A stretch of 62,319 bases of DNA, filler included, from Choristocarpus tenellus KU-1152 (GCA_964200185.2; 10 parts of 10 records of this genome joined end to end with filler, not necessarily neighbours in it); one strand, 5' to 3'. Shown: positions 36,924-50,096, counted from the whole stretch's first letter. Notes: a model not told the origin generated them from the letters alone. Numbers and translations are program-made.

Positions 36924-38272
36924 GGGCAGTGAACAACAAGAGTGAACCACGCAAAAAAAAACATATTCCTGATGTAAAGGTTGTTGCACACCTAGTAGTG
37001 TTTCCTATTAAGACAATGAGAGACAGAACTCACCAGCAACAACAGTGCCAACGTGGTGTGGCCTAAAATATATTGGATTATGACATTTAACAACAAAGTT
37101 CCTGTTTGCTATCTATCGCCAGGCAGTTTGCACTATATATATATATATGAGAAAGTCCCTGGTCAACTTTAAGCAAGCTGATGATGATGGCAGAAGTCAT
37201 CTTGTCTTCTTGCTTTCAACTTGAAAACTCACCATCGCTTGTTATTTGTGACTCAGGTGCTCATCAGATGCTAGCTTGTTGGTCATAGGTTGCCTATTTG
37301 AAATCCTCATCCAAGGACTGGTCAGCACCTCCTCCTGTTGGTTGAGCACCATTTTGCCCTCCTGAAGTCTCTTTTGGGGAATGAGTGAAAATTGAGAAGT
37401 GGGATCGCTATCAATGAAATGATCTGATTTCAAAGGAGAATATGACCTCACATTTTGAACGAGTCGTCGATCTGGTTGAGAAAGTGAGGATCTAATTCGT
37501 TATTCTTTGCTGCGGTCCATGACATGATATGCTCTCTGTTCTGTCAAGTGATTTGTTATTTTTTTAGGTGCAATAGTTTCTTGGACCAGCAGGTCGATGT
37601 TTGGCGAGCCGGTCGTGCATCTGACCCACATCGCATCGCCTTGACGGGCCTCAACAGCAAGAATTGGCACATGTAATGAATATCGCCGCACTGTATCTCG
37701 TATCAATTTGTTGGAGATACCAGAATGGGAGGTGTCCCTGATAATTACAAATTTTGATATGCTATGAAGTTCAATACAAAAAATGTTACCTATTCGGTCA
37801 TACACTTAAAACGTCCACGACTTGCGGGGCGATATGGAGTCTGTTCTATGTATTGTTATGCCTTGTGACATTCTGTAGATTTTGACAGGGAAAACTAAAA
37901 CTGAATTAAGTACATCAGTTCCTAAAATATGTACTACTTCAAAACTAACATATATATCCCGCTGAAGATTGTTCGCTCCCAGGTATTATGTACACTGCTA
38001 TGCTTGTGGTCTAACTTAAGCATAAGAAGGTGGGTGAGGAACTCGGGAAACATCCCAAGAATCTGTCAGGCCCCTTCTTGCTCACCTCTCCCGTGTCTCT
38101 GCCTTGAAAGTCTCTTGTGTTGAAGTTAGGATGGAGTGTTTTGGTACGGCTAACTTCCCTCCGGAGGTGCTGGCATATATATCTTATTGATTGATTTAAC
38201 ATGAAAGAGATAAGAGGGAGAAACCAACTGTCACATAAACGAGGTTTGAGTAAGATGCAACCTCTCATGCCC

Positions 38273-39847
38273 ATGAGCGCTCTCTTGCAGCTATGCTTCC
38301 TCCTGGCTTTTGTCAACAGGCTCGGTTCAGCCTTTTTGGCGCCAAATGTTAGAGTTTGGAAGGGACAATACAAACATGACTTCATCAGTGCTACCTCTCC
38401 TAGCAAAATAGTTTTAAAGGTTTCCGATCAAGGTTCTTACGGGAGATCACCCTCCATGGTCTTCGGTTTTCCACCCTTTGGTTCTAGGTCGAAGGTGATA
38501 TTGTTATTTAGTCTCGAAACACATCTTCCTTCGCTTTAAGCATGGGATGACAGACGTCTCATTCTGCAGCTAGCTCCCACTACCAAGTGTAGAACTTTGC
38601 TTTCCATCAAATTTCGGATTCTGGACATGGGCATGACCAGTCGTTTTTGAAGTAAAGATCTAGTGGTTGGAATGTTGCAAGGTTTATTGTCCAAACGCTT
38701 CTAGGTGATAAATGCAAGGTATGCATGTGTATTAGAGAGTTTTTGTATTGCAATTTGAACTCCCCGGTTCACAGCTTGAGGTTCCCGTGTGAAGAGAAAG
38801 GCTCGAGATCCTGTGATGTGCGATCACATTCGCATGATTTATTCCAGTCTTGGCAATCTTATTTATTTGTTGCTGAATTACAGCAGCAACTTCATGGCTC
38901 TAAGGACGTTTCATCTCTTGTTACAATATGTTTTGACCCCCATTCTCTGGCAGGTTCAAGTTGATGCCAAGGAGGTCAGTGCGAATCTGTATGACCTGCT
39001 GACGAAGCAGGTACCAAGTGCAAGGACCCCTGTTGAGAGAGAAGAACTCCTTTCCTCGGTTCCTGACAAGATTGCAGCCCTTGAGGTACTCCTTCTCTGG
39101 ACCCCTGAACAAGCTTCTTGTTTTGTATTTGTTTTTACATTGGCACTTGATCTTGTTGATCTTGTGAGTGATCTTGACTCAACACATGGAAAGTGCCCTC
39201 TCTTCTACCGGCTAATACTTCATAACCAGTGTGCTCCCTGATGTCTTCCCCTTGGCCCCCATGCCTTGCAGAGCGTTTTCGTAGTTGATACATAAGTTGA
39301 ATATGTACTGGTTGGCATGCCGGTGATGACACCATTAGCGACCAGTTCTGCCTGCAAACTTTATCTACTCAATTAAATGGAAACATAGAAGTTAATGGAA
39401 TCATACGACTCAACTCGTAAATGCCCACCCCCAACACACTACCTTTGCGGTATTAAATCACACTGACAGCAGCTCGGGATCACAAATTCCCTCTTACGAA
39501 TAGTCTTGCTAGTACAAGGGCAACATCATGTAGAGATATCTTACCTGAAATCGTTTTCACATATCTCTGCTGCTACAACTCTGCAATAGTCACGCTTGAA
39601 CAATTACGGAATCCCCTACCCTTCCCTTCATACTGCATCTTCTGGGAATGTCATGTGAACTGCTGCTGGGCGTATATGACAATAACCAAACAAACCCCAA
39701 GAGCAGTCGTTGAAGGTGCCGTTCAACCCAGCTTATCTCTACGATGGACCATGGCGGGTGTTGTGGAAGACGGGAACAGAATGGCAGCGGTACTTTGAGC
39801 CCTTCAATGGTCTGGCTGACAACCGAGCATACCAGTGGTATGAGGCG
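38273..39847 (+). CDS. Plastid-targeted PAP/fibrillin-family protein (5' part)
   Basis: Exons 38273-38494, 38954-39085 and 39707-39847 are in phase. Signal peptide ends GSA|FLAP (ASAFAP-type). IAALES...YLYDGPWRVLWKT resembles the fibrillin L.G.W.L.Y motif. The start could be 38255. Confidence 0.65.
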
Positions 39848-40292
39848 GTGAGTTTCAGTTTGGCAAGAAATTTATATTTATTTAAATTCGCACACCGTTC
39901 TTTTTTTACGTATATTTCTAAAAGAGTTGTTGTGCAACTCAGGGATGTAGCCGGCGTAGTTTGTATTTGCACTGTCCCTTGTGGTCTAGACCGCTTCAGG
40001 AGGCTCAAAAAACCGTTTCAGGAGGCGAGATTGGACTAGTGCGCGCTCTCCCCATGAATCCGTCAATTTTTCCCGGTTTCCATCTCCACCCTACTTCCTA
40101 CTCTGGCGGTGAATGACCCCGTCTCAACATGTTTTTTAGGAGTGCTGAGGGGAAACTACCGTACCCCCNNNNNNNNNNNNNNNNNNNNNNNNNNNNNNNN
40201 NNNNNNNNNNNNTTAATTAATTAANNNNNNNNNNNNNNNNNNNNNNNNNNNNNNNNNNNNNNNNNNNNTTTTTTTAATGGGGCAGCGAGCAC

Positions 40293-40467
40293 CGGGGGGG
40301 GGGGGGGTGCGGGTGGCGGCAGTCATTTGGAGCCTATTTTTCAATATCGATATTTTAGTGTGATTTGGTTGCATGTGTCAGATCGATAATGTAAGGGCAC
40401 TTTTCCTGGTCAGGGCTCAAATGAACACCCTGGTGTAGACCCCCCCCACCCCCAGATACTTTGACCC
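40293..40467. mobile_element. MITE family B, reverse orientation
   Basis: Reverse-complement homology to 36740-36923; ends CCCCAGATACTTTGACCC. Confidence 0.7.
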
Positions 40468-40822
40468 ACCAAGTGGACAAACCAAGCAAGAGACAGAATC
40501 CCATCTCCCCCACTCAAGACCACAACACCATTACAGACCCCTCATAACACCAACACCTCAAACAGTTGGAGAGCTTCATAAACACAACCCTAACCCTAAA
40601 CCAACTCTTACACACAGGCTAAAAAGAGAAAGAAATGGCATATAGTCATTGTAAAGAGTATTATTGGTTGGGTAGTTGTAGTTATGACAATCAAGGGTAC
40701 TACTAAAAGTAAGATACAGTAGCACAGTAACTCCCAAGTCCAATGAATCATAATACATCACTGGTATTACAGAAAATACCAAAACAATAATTCATAGCAA
40801 TAATCATGACAATACAAATACT

Positions 40823-41084
40823 GAGTGAAAGTATCTTAGAGGGTACGAGTTTTGCCCTGTTTGTCCATTTGGGGCTTGGCTTCCCATGGGTTTTTATGAC
40901 ATTTTCCTACTCCAAAACGTTTGGAGTAGGTAACATGTGTACGTTATGAAAAGGTGTGTCAGGAATAAGGATATTGACACTTCCTAACAAAGCGATAGCC
41001 AAAATTACATCAAAATCGCAACATTGGATTTTGGTCCCCAAACGGACACAGCTCTACCCTCTAAGATCTAAGATAATTTGACTC
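40823..41084 (+). mobile_element. MITE family A
   Basis: TIR GAGTGAAAGTATCTTAGAGGG; right TIR carries a 7-bp duplication (CTAAGAT); TSD ACT. Confidence 0.93.
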
Positions 41085-41459
41085 ACTAAAGATTGAGGAT
41101 AGAAGAGATTGCAGAGTGAGCATATCAATTATTGTTCACTCCATGTCAAAATAACAATTACAGTGAATACAAATCATAGCAATGATAGCATGCAGTATTT
41201 CCCATCAATATCACATCTCCTTGCCCTCAATCTGACACATTCTTATACTCTTACTAGGCATGTTTCTCAATCTGACACACAACTCATTACCTACCATCAC
41301 CTACCCCATGTAAAAGCAATTAAAAAACAAATTGTACTTAGGGAATATAATCATTTCAAAAAAAAAATAAAACAAATTAAAACATGACATGCCAAATACC
41401 ATTCACACAACCATAATCAAACAAATACAAGAGTACAAGAGCGCACTTTGTGAGAACAT

Positions 41460-41627
41460 ATTGAATGAATAATGAATATGACAATGAACAATCAATATGA
41501 CAATGAATAAGAATAAGAATATGAATAATGAACAATCAATATGACAATGAATAAGAATATGAATATGAATAATGAACAATCAATATGACAATGAATAAGA
41601 ATAGGAATATGAATATGAATAATGAAC
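41460..41627. repeat. AT-rich ~41-47-bp tandem repeat (AATGAACAATCAATATGACAATGAATAAGAAT...)
   Basis: Three or more imperfect copies. Confidence 0.85.
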
Positions 41628-41644
41628 ACACACTACACTCTCAC

Positions 41645-44600
41645 TTGCTGAGAGCAAAGGTCTTGAGTACTTTCAGTGCCGCCCATTCTTCACGATTCCT
41701 AAGTAGTGGTAACGATGCTAGGGCAAAGTTGGATCCATTGGCATCAAGATAGAGCTCCTGTTGAACGGTATGTAAGGAGATATATGCATACATGGGTAAT
41801 AAGGATGAGAAACGGTATGTAAGGAGATACATGCATACATGGGTAATAAGGATGAGAAACGGTAATAACATTCACTTGCAGGAGTGACAAAGGCAGATCA
41901 GATATTGAACACCATAAAAAATAAAATAAAAAAGTAAAATAAAATAATATATATACATCATACCCTAATTAAATATAGATAGTAGTAAATACAGAGGAAG
42001 AGCTACTCCCATTGACTAGTATGAACAGCATATACAATTTAAAAAAATAGCAACCACTACTGAGAAACAGGTGGCTGGGCAAGGAAGGAGATGTATGCAT
42101 CAGGTAGTGTCCCAAAGTGGCTCTTCAATGATGACAAGACTGTGGTGTTGACAGTCTATTTCTAGTGTGAGCACTGACTTAGGATTAGGGTTACCATCAA
42201 AGAGGAGGGGTGCCGTTGAGTTAGGGTTAGGGTTCCTTCAATTCGCCTTGCCACAAATTTAGATGTAGGGTTAGCATTGCAAAGGACTGGTTTAGGATAA
42301 CAATAAATAACAATCACTTCACACATAACAGACACCCCTACAACCACACCCTCCCAAGAGGGCCTAAGAGCACTTCAGGCATGACCACACACACCCATGG
42401 TGCATAATAAACCTTCAAAAATAAAAACTATCATTGGTCTCCCTCTAAGATAACTTGACTAATGCTGTAGCTGTAGGTAAAAATTGACACTCTCAACCAA
42501 CACACTCCTGGCACATAATACACACAGTCTAGCCCTAACCCTAACCCTAACCCTAACCCTAACCCTAACCCTAACCCTAACCCTAAGACAAGAGTAAGTC
42601 GGGAGTAGAAGTAATTGAGAGGGTTAGGGTTAGGGTAGACAGATCTTCACCCTTTTTTTCTCATTTCAAGGCATTTGTTCTTAACATTTGTTCTTAACAA
42701 TAACTCAGGTGCAATGCACCCTAGACCATTCCTGAATATATACCATAGTCTACAAAACCAACACCATACCATCATACACTGATACTATAACCCTAACCCT
42801 TTCCACACACAAACCGAAACCACAACCCACCAAAATTTAACTATTCTGCCATTGTACAACAATGGCAACTCTTGACCAATAAGTAACTGTCACGATCTCT
42901 ATCACTCAAGAACAGTACCATCCTTCATCATAATCTCTCCTCAAAATCTCACCTTGAGTTTTATCTCCCTGTTGATTACCCTCTCAGGATCGTTGAGCTG
43001 TTTGGCCACCTCCACCTGCCTTCGGACAAACTCCTCCTCAGGTAGCTTGAGAGTCCGCCTGATCTCCTCTATGTCTTGAGTCGTGTACTCCACCTAGTGA
43101 ACAAAAAACGTATCACACACAAATAAACATAACACAAACATGAAAACGTACTCCACCTAGTGAACAAACATCAAACAAAACAAAAAAAGCATAACACAAA
43201 CACAAACATTTTTTCTGCGTCACCTAAATAAAACACCTACATTATCACTACCAAAAATGAACAGGGCAAAGACAGAAGAAGAAACCAAGCATGTTCCTCA
43301 AACATGCATAGGTAGTACATAGGGTTAGGGTTAGGTAGTAGTGTACTTTCGACAAAAAAAAGATATTTTTTAAAACAGATTTCGAGATTTTTTTGTGCAA
43401 TTTACTACAATATTATTATTTTATATTATTTTATATTATTTTATACTATTTTATATTATTTTATATTATTTTATAGGATACACTCCGTGCATTAAAAAAC
43501 TGAAAAAAAATTCAGGTCATTCTCGAGTTCTATTTTGAATGTAGAGTATTGCAGTATATATACTCAATCCATTAAACAAAATGCTGTGAGTATAACAGAA
43601 CACTGGCTGGCATCAGCACAAGGAGAGGGAGCATAAAATTCCATATTATTATTATCATATTATTAATACTATTCTTATGTGATAATATACTATACCATAC
43701 TACTGATTAAAAAAAAGTATTTCACAATATGGAAAAGAGAACACTCAGTGCTATGTTACGTTATGTTATGTTATGTTGTACCCATGACAATCGAGACAAA
43801 AGATACCCTAACCCTAACTCCAAAACACTTGTGATGTATGTCTAGTCCATACCACTTAGCGAGATATTCACAAAAACCACTGTTTTAGTAACACCATGCT
43901 CTGTTTGAAAATGAAGTGAAACATGTATTGATACTATATAAAACACAAATATGGTTAACTACGCAAGCATAGTTCAAATGTCATTAACAGAAATTACTAA
44001 ATTATAGTACCTACCATACCAAAAACAATATTACTTCTGCTCTGACATGAACCTTAAGAAAACCTCTTCAACATTGGTCATTAAAACATACACACACACA
44101 TACAGCCTTTGGAATAAGGAAGCCACACAAAAAGAGTTCTACATCCACATACTTCTGCTCTGACATGAACCTTAAGAAAACACCACTTCAACATTGGTCA
44201 TTAAAACATACACACACACACACATACAGCCTTTGGAATAAGGAAACCGCACCAAAGGAGTTATACATCAAGACACAGCAATAATACATGGCAGCTGAGG
44301 TTGGGGTTATGGTATAGGGTTATAGGTATAGGGTTATAGGTATAGGGTTATAGGTATAGGTCAATCGCATAAAATTGTTCAAATAACACACACCTCTTCA
44401 GCATCCTTGCTGACATCCTCCATCAGCTTCCTCTCCAAAATGGCCAACGCCTCTGTCGCAATGGGGTCTAGCTTCACAGCTGCTGCTTGATGCAGTAAGG
44501 CCCTTGCCTGCACACAACCAGGTGAAAATAATAAAAATTAAAATACAATAACCACTGTTAATAGTACACACTTAGGACTTGTGTAACGCACTCAGAATAA

Positions 44601-46570
44601 CAACAATAGAAGTAAAATAGATAAGACAATATATATTAGTACAATAAAAAATATATGTATGTAGCTGCAGTAGTTGGTGTTGTGAAGTTTGGCAATTCTA
44701 TTGAGCCAATTCATCAAATAAAATTAATTAGACCTTGGAAAAAATTACACCCAACACCATGTTAACTTCTATGTTCACTACACTTAGCACAATACTAACT
44801 CTAATGTTCATAACACTCAGCACAATGTTACATCATCTCTGTAAAACTGGAATCAAAAAGGGAATAACAATAAAAATATAATGACCGTAATTATCCAATC
44901 CAACATACCTACAACACTACTTTGTAATGCTTGTAACTCTCTCTTCCAACCCACACTTAACATGTGTAATATGTTGTAATATATTGTACTCTGGGTATTT
45001 GATATTTGGATAGTGTATATTTCATCTCAATTCTATACTCTGTGCTTCAATGATACTCTCAGTAGCTAGCAATAAACGCACCAACACCTTTAGTAGTAGT
45101 ACAACACTATTAGCAGTAGTAGTACAACACTATTAGTAGTAGTAGTAGTACAACACTATTAGTAGTAGTAGTAGTACAACACTATTAGCAGTAGTACAAC
45201 AGACAAGGACAGCCACCTCTTGCCATAGATACTACACTTCATGTCATCAACAAAAAAACACAATCATAAACATGAAACAATCATTATAGACAACAGTTGT
45301 CACACCTTAATCATTCACATTACTAAAAAACTTAGGTGGGGGGTGGGGTGGAGGGGATAAGTATCAAACATGTGAAGGCCCTGACTCAAAACATGCCTCC
45401 TCTGAATTGAGAATCAACTGATCAACTGTACACCATCCATCAAAGTGTAACACCACCTCATCACTACTTGCATGAGGGTGTGATCCTTGCCTGATCTTCT
45501 AGGGCCATCTGCTCCCTGGTTCCAGGCGTACCCCTTATCTTGTTGCACCTCTTCACAGCTGATCGCAGTTCTGCATAGCAGGAAGTGGGGTCCCTCTGCA
45601 CAAGTGATGTCAGCAAGGCACCCAGCTCTATCCTCTCCTGAAAATTGAGGACCATAATATCATCAACCACAATCCAGATCAACATAATTCAAATCAGTAA
45701 CGTGTATCCATTCCAAACGATGGATACATTGCCAGGGAGAGCGAGGTTGTAGTACAAGGATGCATCCCATTGGTCAACAAAAAGCATTAAAAAAAATCCA
45801 ACAAATATAATGTGAAAAACAATACAAGAAAGGTACAACTCGAGTTTCATCAGTAGTAAAATATCTTTTAATCCACACCCATCATTTTAGTGTATGATTT
45901 CCTCTAATACTGCATCGCCCCTCAATGTATGATTTCCTCATACATTTCCTCATACATTTCCTCTAATACTGATCTTGATCTCATCCATCACCGCAATTAA
46001 CATACAACATACTGGAACAGATTCTTAATAAAAAAGAGCAATGTATGATATCCTCATGTACTGGTGACAGCTACTAACCTACTGGTGACAGTTACTAACC
46101 TACTGGTGACAGTTACTAACCTAATGGTGACAGTTACTAACCTACTGGTGACAGTTACTAACCTACTGGTGACAGTTAATCACCTAATGGTGACAGTTAC
46201 TAACCTACTGGTGACCGTTACTCACCTAATGGTGACAGTTACTAACCTACTGGTGACCGTTACTCACCTAATGGTGACAGCTACTAACCTACTGGTGACA
46301 GTTACTCATATAATGGTGACAGCTACTAACCTACTGGTGACAGTTACTCGCCTAATGGTGACAGTTGCTAACCTATTGGTGACAGTTACCAACCTACTAG
46401 TGACAGTTACTTATCTACTGGTGACCGTTACTAACCTACTGGTGACCGTTACTCACCTAATGGTGACAGTTACTCAACCACAACAAAAGCAAACAACACA
46501 TGCACACAAACGTGATAATGATGACACCTTGAGAGCTGCATGATCACTCTTGTGTTGCTCTATCTTGCCC
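41645..46570 (-). CDS. Helical protein fragment, probable myosin/MyTH4-associated tail
   Basis: Exons 46570-46528, 45637-45491 (GC donor), 44507-44394, 43093-42953 and 41757-41645 are in phase. QVEVAKQLNDPERVINREIKLKELYLD...LRNREEWA resembles, from memory, the segment preceding MyTH4 in stramenopile myosin tails. Confidence 0.6.
41764..41864. repeat. ~48-bp tandem duplication next to a splice acceptor
   Basis: AACGGTATGTAAGGAGATA.ATGCATACATGGGTAATAAGGATGAGA x2. Confidence 0.9.
42533..42586. repeat. Interstitial telomeric repeat (CCCTAA)9
   Basis: Seen directly, inside an intron. Confidence 0.92.
44032..44270. repeat. ~120-bp tandem duplication
   Basis: TACTTCTGCTCTGACATGAACCTTAAGAAAA...CAGCCTTTGGAATAAGGA occurs twice. 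Confidence 0.9.
45091..45200. repeat. TAGTAGTACAACACTAT-type tandem repeat
   Basis: About five variable-length copies. Confidence 0.85.
46059..46479. repeat. 21-bp minisatellite TACTGGTGACAGTTACTAACC x ~20
   Basis: Directly adjacent units with no unique spacers; intronic. Confidence 0.95.
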
Positions 46571-46803
46571 CTATGGAGGAAGTCTATTCACAAAAACTTA
46601 GAAACTCAATTTAACATACACAGAACAATAATTTAAATCTACATATCCAAAAGTATAAGTAGTAATATTTGACAAATATAGAACTTGACAAGCACCCACC
46701 CTGCCCCCCTCAAAACAATAACTTAAATATATAGATCATAAACATAGAAGCATCTGATAAATTAATAAACTTCACGAACACCCCCCCCCCCCCCCCCCAA
46801 AAA

Positions 46804-46836
<33 letters not shown>

Positions 46837-47304
46837 AAAAAAAAACACAAAAAGAAAAAAAAAAAAAAANNNNNNNNNNNNNNNNNNNNNNNNNNNNNNN
46901 NNNNNNNNNNNNNTTAATTAATTAANNNNNNNNNNNNNNNNNNNNNNNNNNNNNNNNNNNNNNNNNNNNGCACTGGTTGGTCATCAAATGGGGAATAGAG
47001 GATAGAGGAATAGCAAATTTGGAATGAGCAAATAATATAATAATCCAGAATTCGTGAGCAAAACAAAACAATGTTACAGGATAACCTCCAAATGAAGTTA
47101 TATATATTTTTAATGACTAGATAGTACGTTCGAAATAGTATGCATACGTATTAATGGTACGATGTAGAGTTAGGTGGATGGATTATAATAATGGCTACTA
47201 GCGCCACGTAGCACTTATGTCATAAGTCCTACTCTTTTTCCAACAATAATATTAGTTGAGGATCATGGATCTGTGAAGATAGTAGGTGTTGAACCACAAC
47301 TGAC

Positions 47305-49724
47305 CTGAGGAGATGCCGACGCTTCCTCCCCAAACGACGGGTGCAAGAGAACCTGAGCGATTCTTCTCAACTAGGTGGATGGTGGAGAGAGAGACTGACG
47401 ATGAATGTTCAAACGCCTTCGCCATCATCCCTGTAGGTGAGTTGTGGAACTCACCGCAAGCCTGAAGAAATGGAGCGTGCACCTCAAATTACCTCGAGAA
47501 GGAGGGAAGAGGTATAAGAATTCGTAGAAGAAGAACGAGAGTGTGGATGTTCCTTGCATGTTGACACTATTTATTTCGTTGTGCCTTAGGGACATGACAG
47601 ATCTTAGACGGGATGTCGTGATATGTACTATAGACATCTCCAAAATACCCTCCTTACAGAAATCCCTCTAGGTCACCCCGCAAACGCATCTAGGTTAGCT
47701 ACCTCAGAAGCCTGCCTCACCCGCCTTTATCAAACTACCCCTCACCACCTCCCTCTCCCTTCTCTCCTCGGACCAAACACCTGGATGCCCCTAGCTGGTA
47801 TGTTCATCCTCGTTTTGTATTTGCTATGGCTGGACCAGGCTGCTCAGGGTTTCTTGCTATGGCTCGCACGGAGTCCACCAAACTGCACACCATTACGTGT
47901 TTTCTCCTCAGGCTTAGGATGTCATCGGGGAGATCTAGGTGTACACTTGTCTGGATTTATTCCCCCGCAAGCCTTTGAGTGACACCATTCCATCTCGGCG
48001 GAAGTGTATCTAAAAGGACTCGCCCCAGGTTCCGATTATTTGTGAAGTGTATGTGCCGGTGCGCGTGTCTTTGATAGGAGTATAGGGTGGCTGCACTGGC
48101 AGGTGCATGGTTGTACACTATGTGAGTGATGTAGACCCCACCTCACCCACCCTTATGAGAGATAGAAAATAGCCCAGCCCGTATGGCGTTTGATCAAAGG
48201 TCCCAGGATATGATGGTTGCTGAAGGAATGTGCTCGTTCCTCAGTCACATTTCCAAGAACTATCTGTCCTAAATACTAAATATTGGTGAATGCTTGCATG
48301 CTGTTCAGAACCCTTCCCACAAGTACAAGATATGTGGACCCCCTTAAATGTATCCCTCTTAGTGCACATTGAATGTTTTTGGTTGCTACGGTGGTGCTAT
48401 TTCTTTCAAGTGAATCAATTCCTGTTGCGCACTTGGTGTCCTCGACTTGTTATTGTTGTGAGAGGTTCTCTGCTTGTAGCACAGCTAAAGGAATCCTTGA
48501 TTGCTGTGAGTTTTTTTTTGTTTTTGATGTAGTGATGTTTTTCCCTGCTTGAACTATTGTTGAAATGTCCTCTCTAAGCCTATGCCTAATGTGGGTATAG
48601 GGCAAGGAAAAAAATAGACAAATAACATGTTACAATGTATTACGCGAACCTTATACAGGACACATCTTACTTTGTCAACAGTGGATTCCAAAGGAAGGGC
48701 AAGAGGCACCTGCCAGTGATTTGGGCAGTGCATCTCTTTCCGCCTGACTAAGATACTGCTTTGCCTCTCGGAGAAGCTATCATTGAAGCCGATTGCCTAT
48801 GGGAAACTAGACCTTGCAGATATCCTTTCATTGCGCATACAATCCCTCTAGTCAACTTTCCGGTCATGCCTCTTCAGTTATTGTGGGCTGTGTATTGCAT
48901 CTTGTCCTGTCTATTGTTGACACCGCCACCTTGCATTGAATGATAGACCCTTTGAAGCAACAGGGGATGATTGAGGTATAGCACTGCATTCAAGCATTCT
49001 CTGCAAGCAAGGGGGGACAGGGTGTTGTTTTAGTTTGGGTAGAATCCTTGTTGTACTATGCTACACAGAATTTTCATCTCACTGAATGTGAAGATAAAAT
49101 GCAACCATCAAAATGGTGCAGAGTGTTCCGTCTATTGCCCTCAATATGCACTTGTTTACATACTACTGGTGTCTAGTAGTATGTTAGTTACTCAAGATTA
49201 AGTGGTACGGGTTCCATAGTTTGTCTAGGTGGTCCGGTTTTGATTTTGACCCGTATGTTCGATCTGTAGAGGTACTTCAGCAGAAACGATTGCAGTGTCT
49301 GCAGCAGCAATATGCACTTTCAAAGTAGCAGCTATTATGCTTTCAACCAAACTATGAGTAGAGTGGCAACACAGCAATGAGATCTTGAGCTGCAGTTGGT
49401 GAGAACAATATACTACTCCACTATTGTGTCAGCTGATTGACTCCACACCTAATGGGTTAGGGTTAGGCAGAAGAATGAACTATACTAAGGGCTTGATTGC
49501 CTTGACGCCAAAAAGAGGTGAACCTGGGCAATGTTGATATTTTCCTCATTGGTTTAAGTCACTACAACTGGTTACACAACCTTTGTAGGATGAGGGGAGA
49601 GGGAGGGATAAATTCATCACCTACCTCCACCTCTCCCTGGTGTGATCTACATTGTCTAAAACACGAGACCACTGCCCCCACCCTGAATCGACTACTGCAA
49701 GTTCCTCCATCTCTGCATCAAGTT
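47305..49724 (-). CDS. Candidate exons of an unknown gene
   Basis: AG/GT-bounded open segments ~49724-49625 (ELDAEMEELAVVDSGWGQWSRVLDNVDHTRERWR) and ~47461-47305; intervening exons unresolved. Confidence 0.3.
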
Positions 49725-50096
49725 CTGTAAATAGAAAAAAGTATGGGTCACCTCCTATCATACATAGAAACACTACAAATGAACTGGGCACAAGATCATC
49801 AAAGCAACTATAGGAAAACGCAAAATGCTGTTTGTGGGTTTCATGGTGCACATGGATGATGTTTGCTTTTTCCCATGAACATTGTGTTTGGGGAACTTGC
49901 AGCTGAGAAATCGAAGGGGAAGATGAAATGGATTGCAAAGAGATTGGTTGTCGTGCCTCCAAGATGGCCTGATGTCTTTTGAGATCCCACCTGAAAACTG
50001 ATTATACTTCCAGAAGATCAAAACCAATAGTACAGATTTGTATAGAATGGAGGCAAACACTTCATGGATGTCCGTCTTACAAGTGAGTCCAAGGTA

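Noticed and set aside
8650-39847. Cluster of plastid-related genes (HugZ-like, rps15, Fluc, fibrillin)
   Set aside because: They lie on three separately joined contigs. Only rps15 and Fluc are demonstrably linked, which is unremarkable.
46059-46543. CRISPR-like array or 159-aa VTVTNLL repeat protein
   Set aside because: Units are contiguous with no unique spacers and no cas genes. The ORF is a by-product of a stop-free 21-bp unit antisense within an intron.
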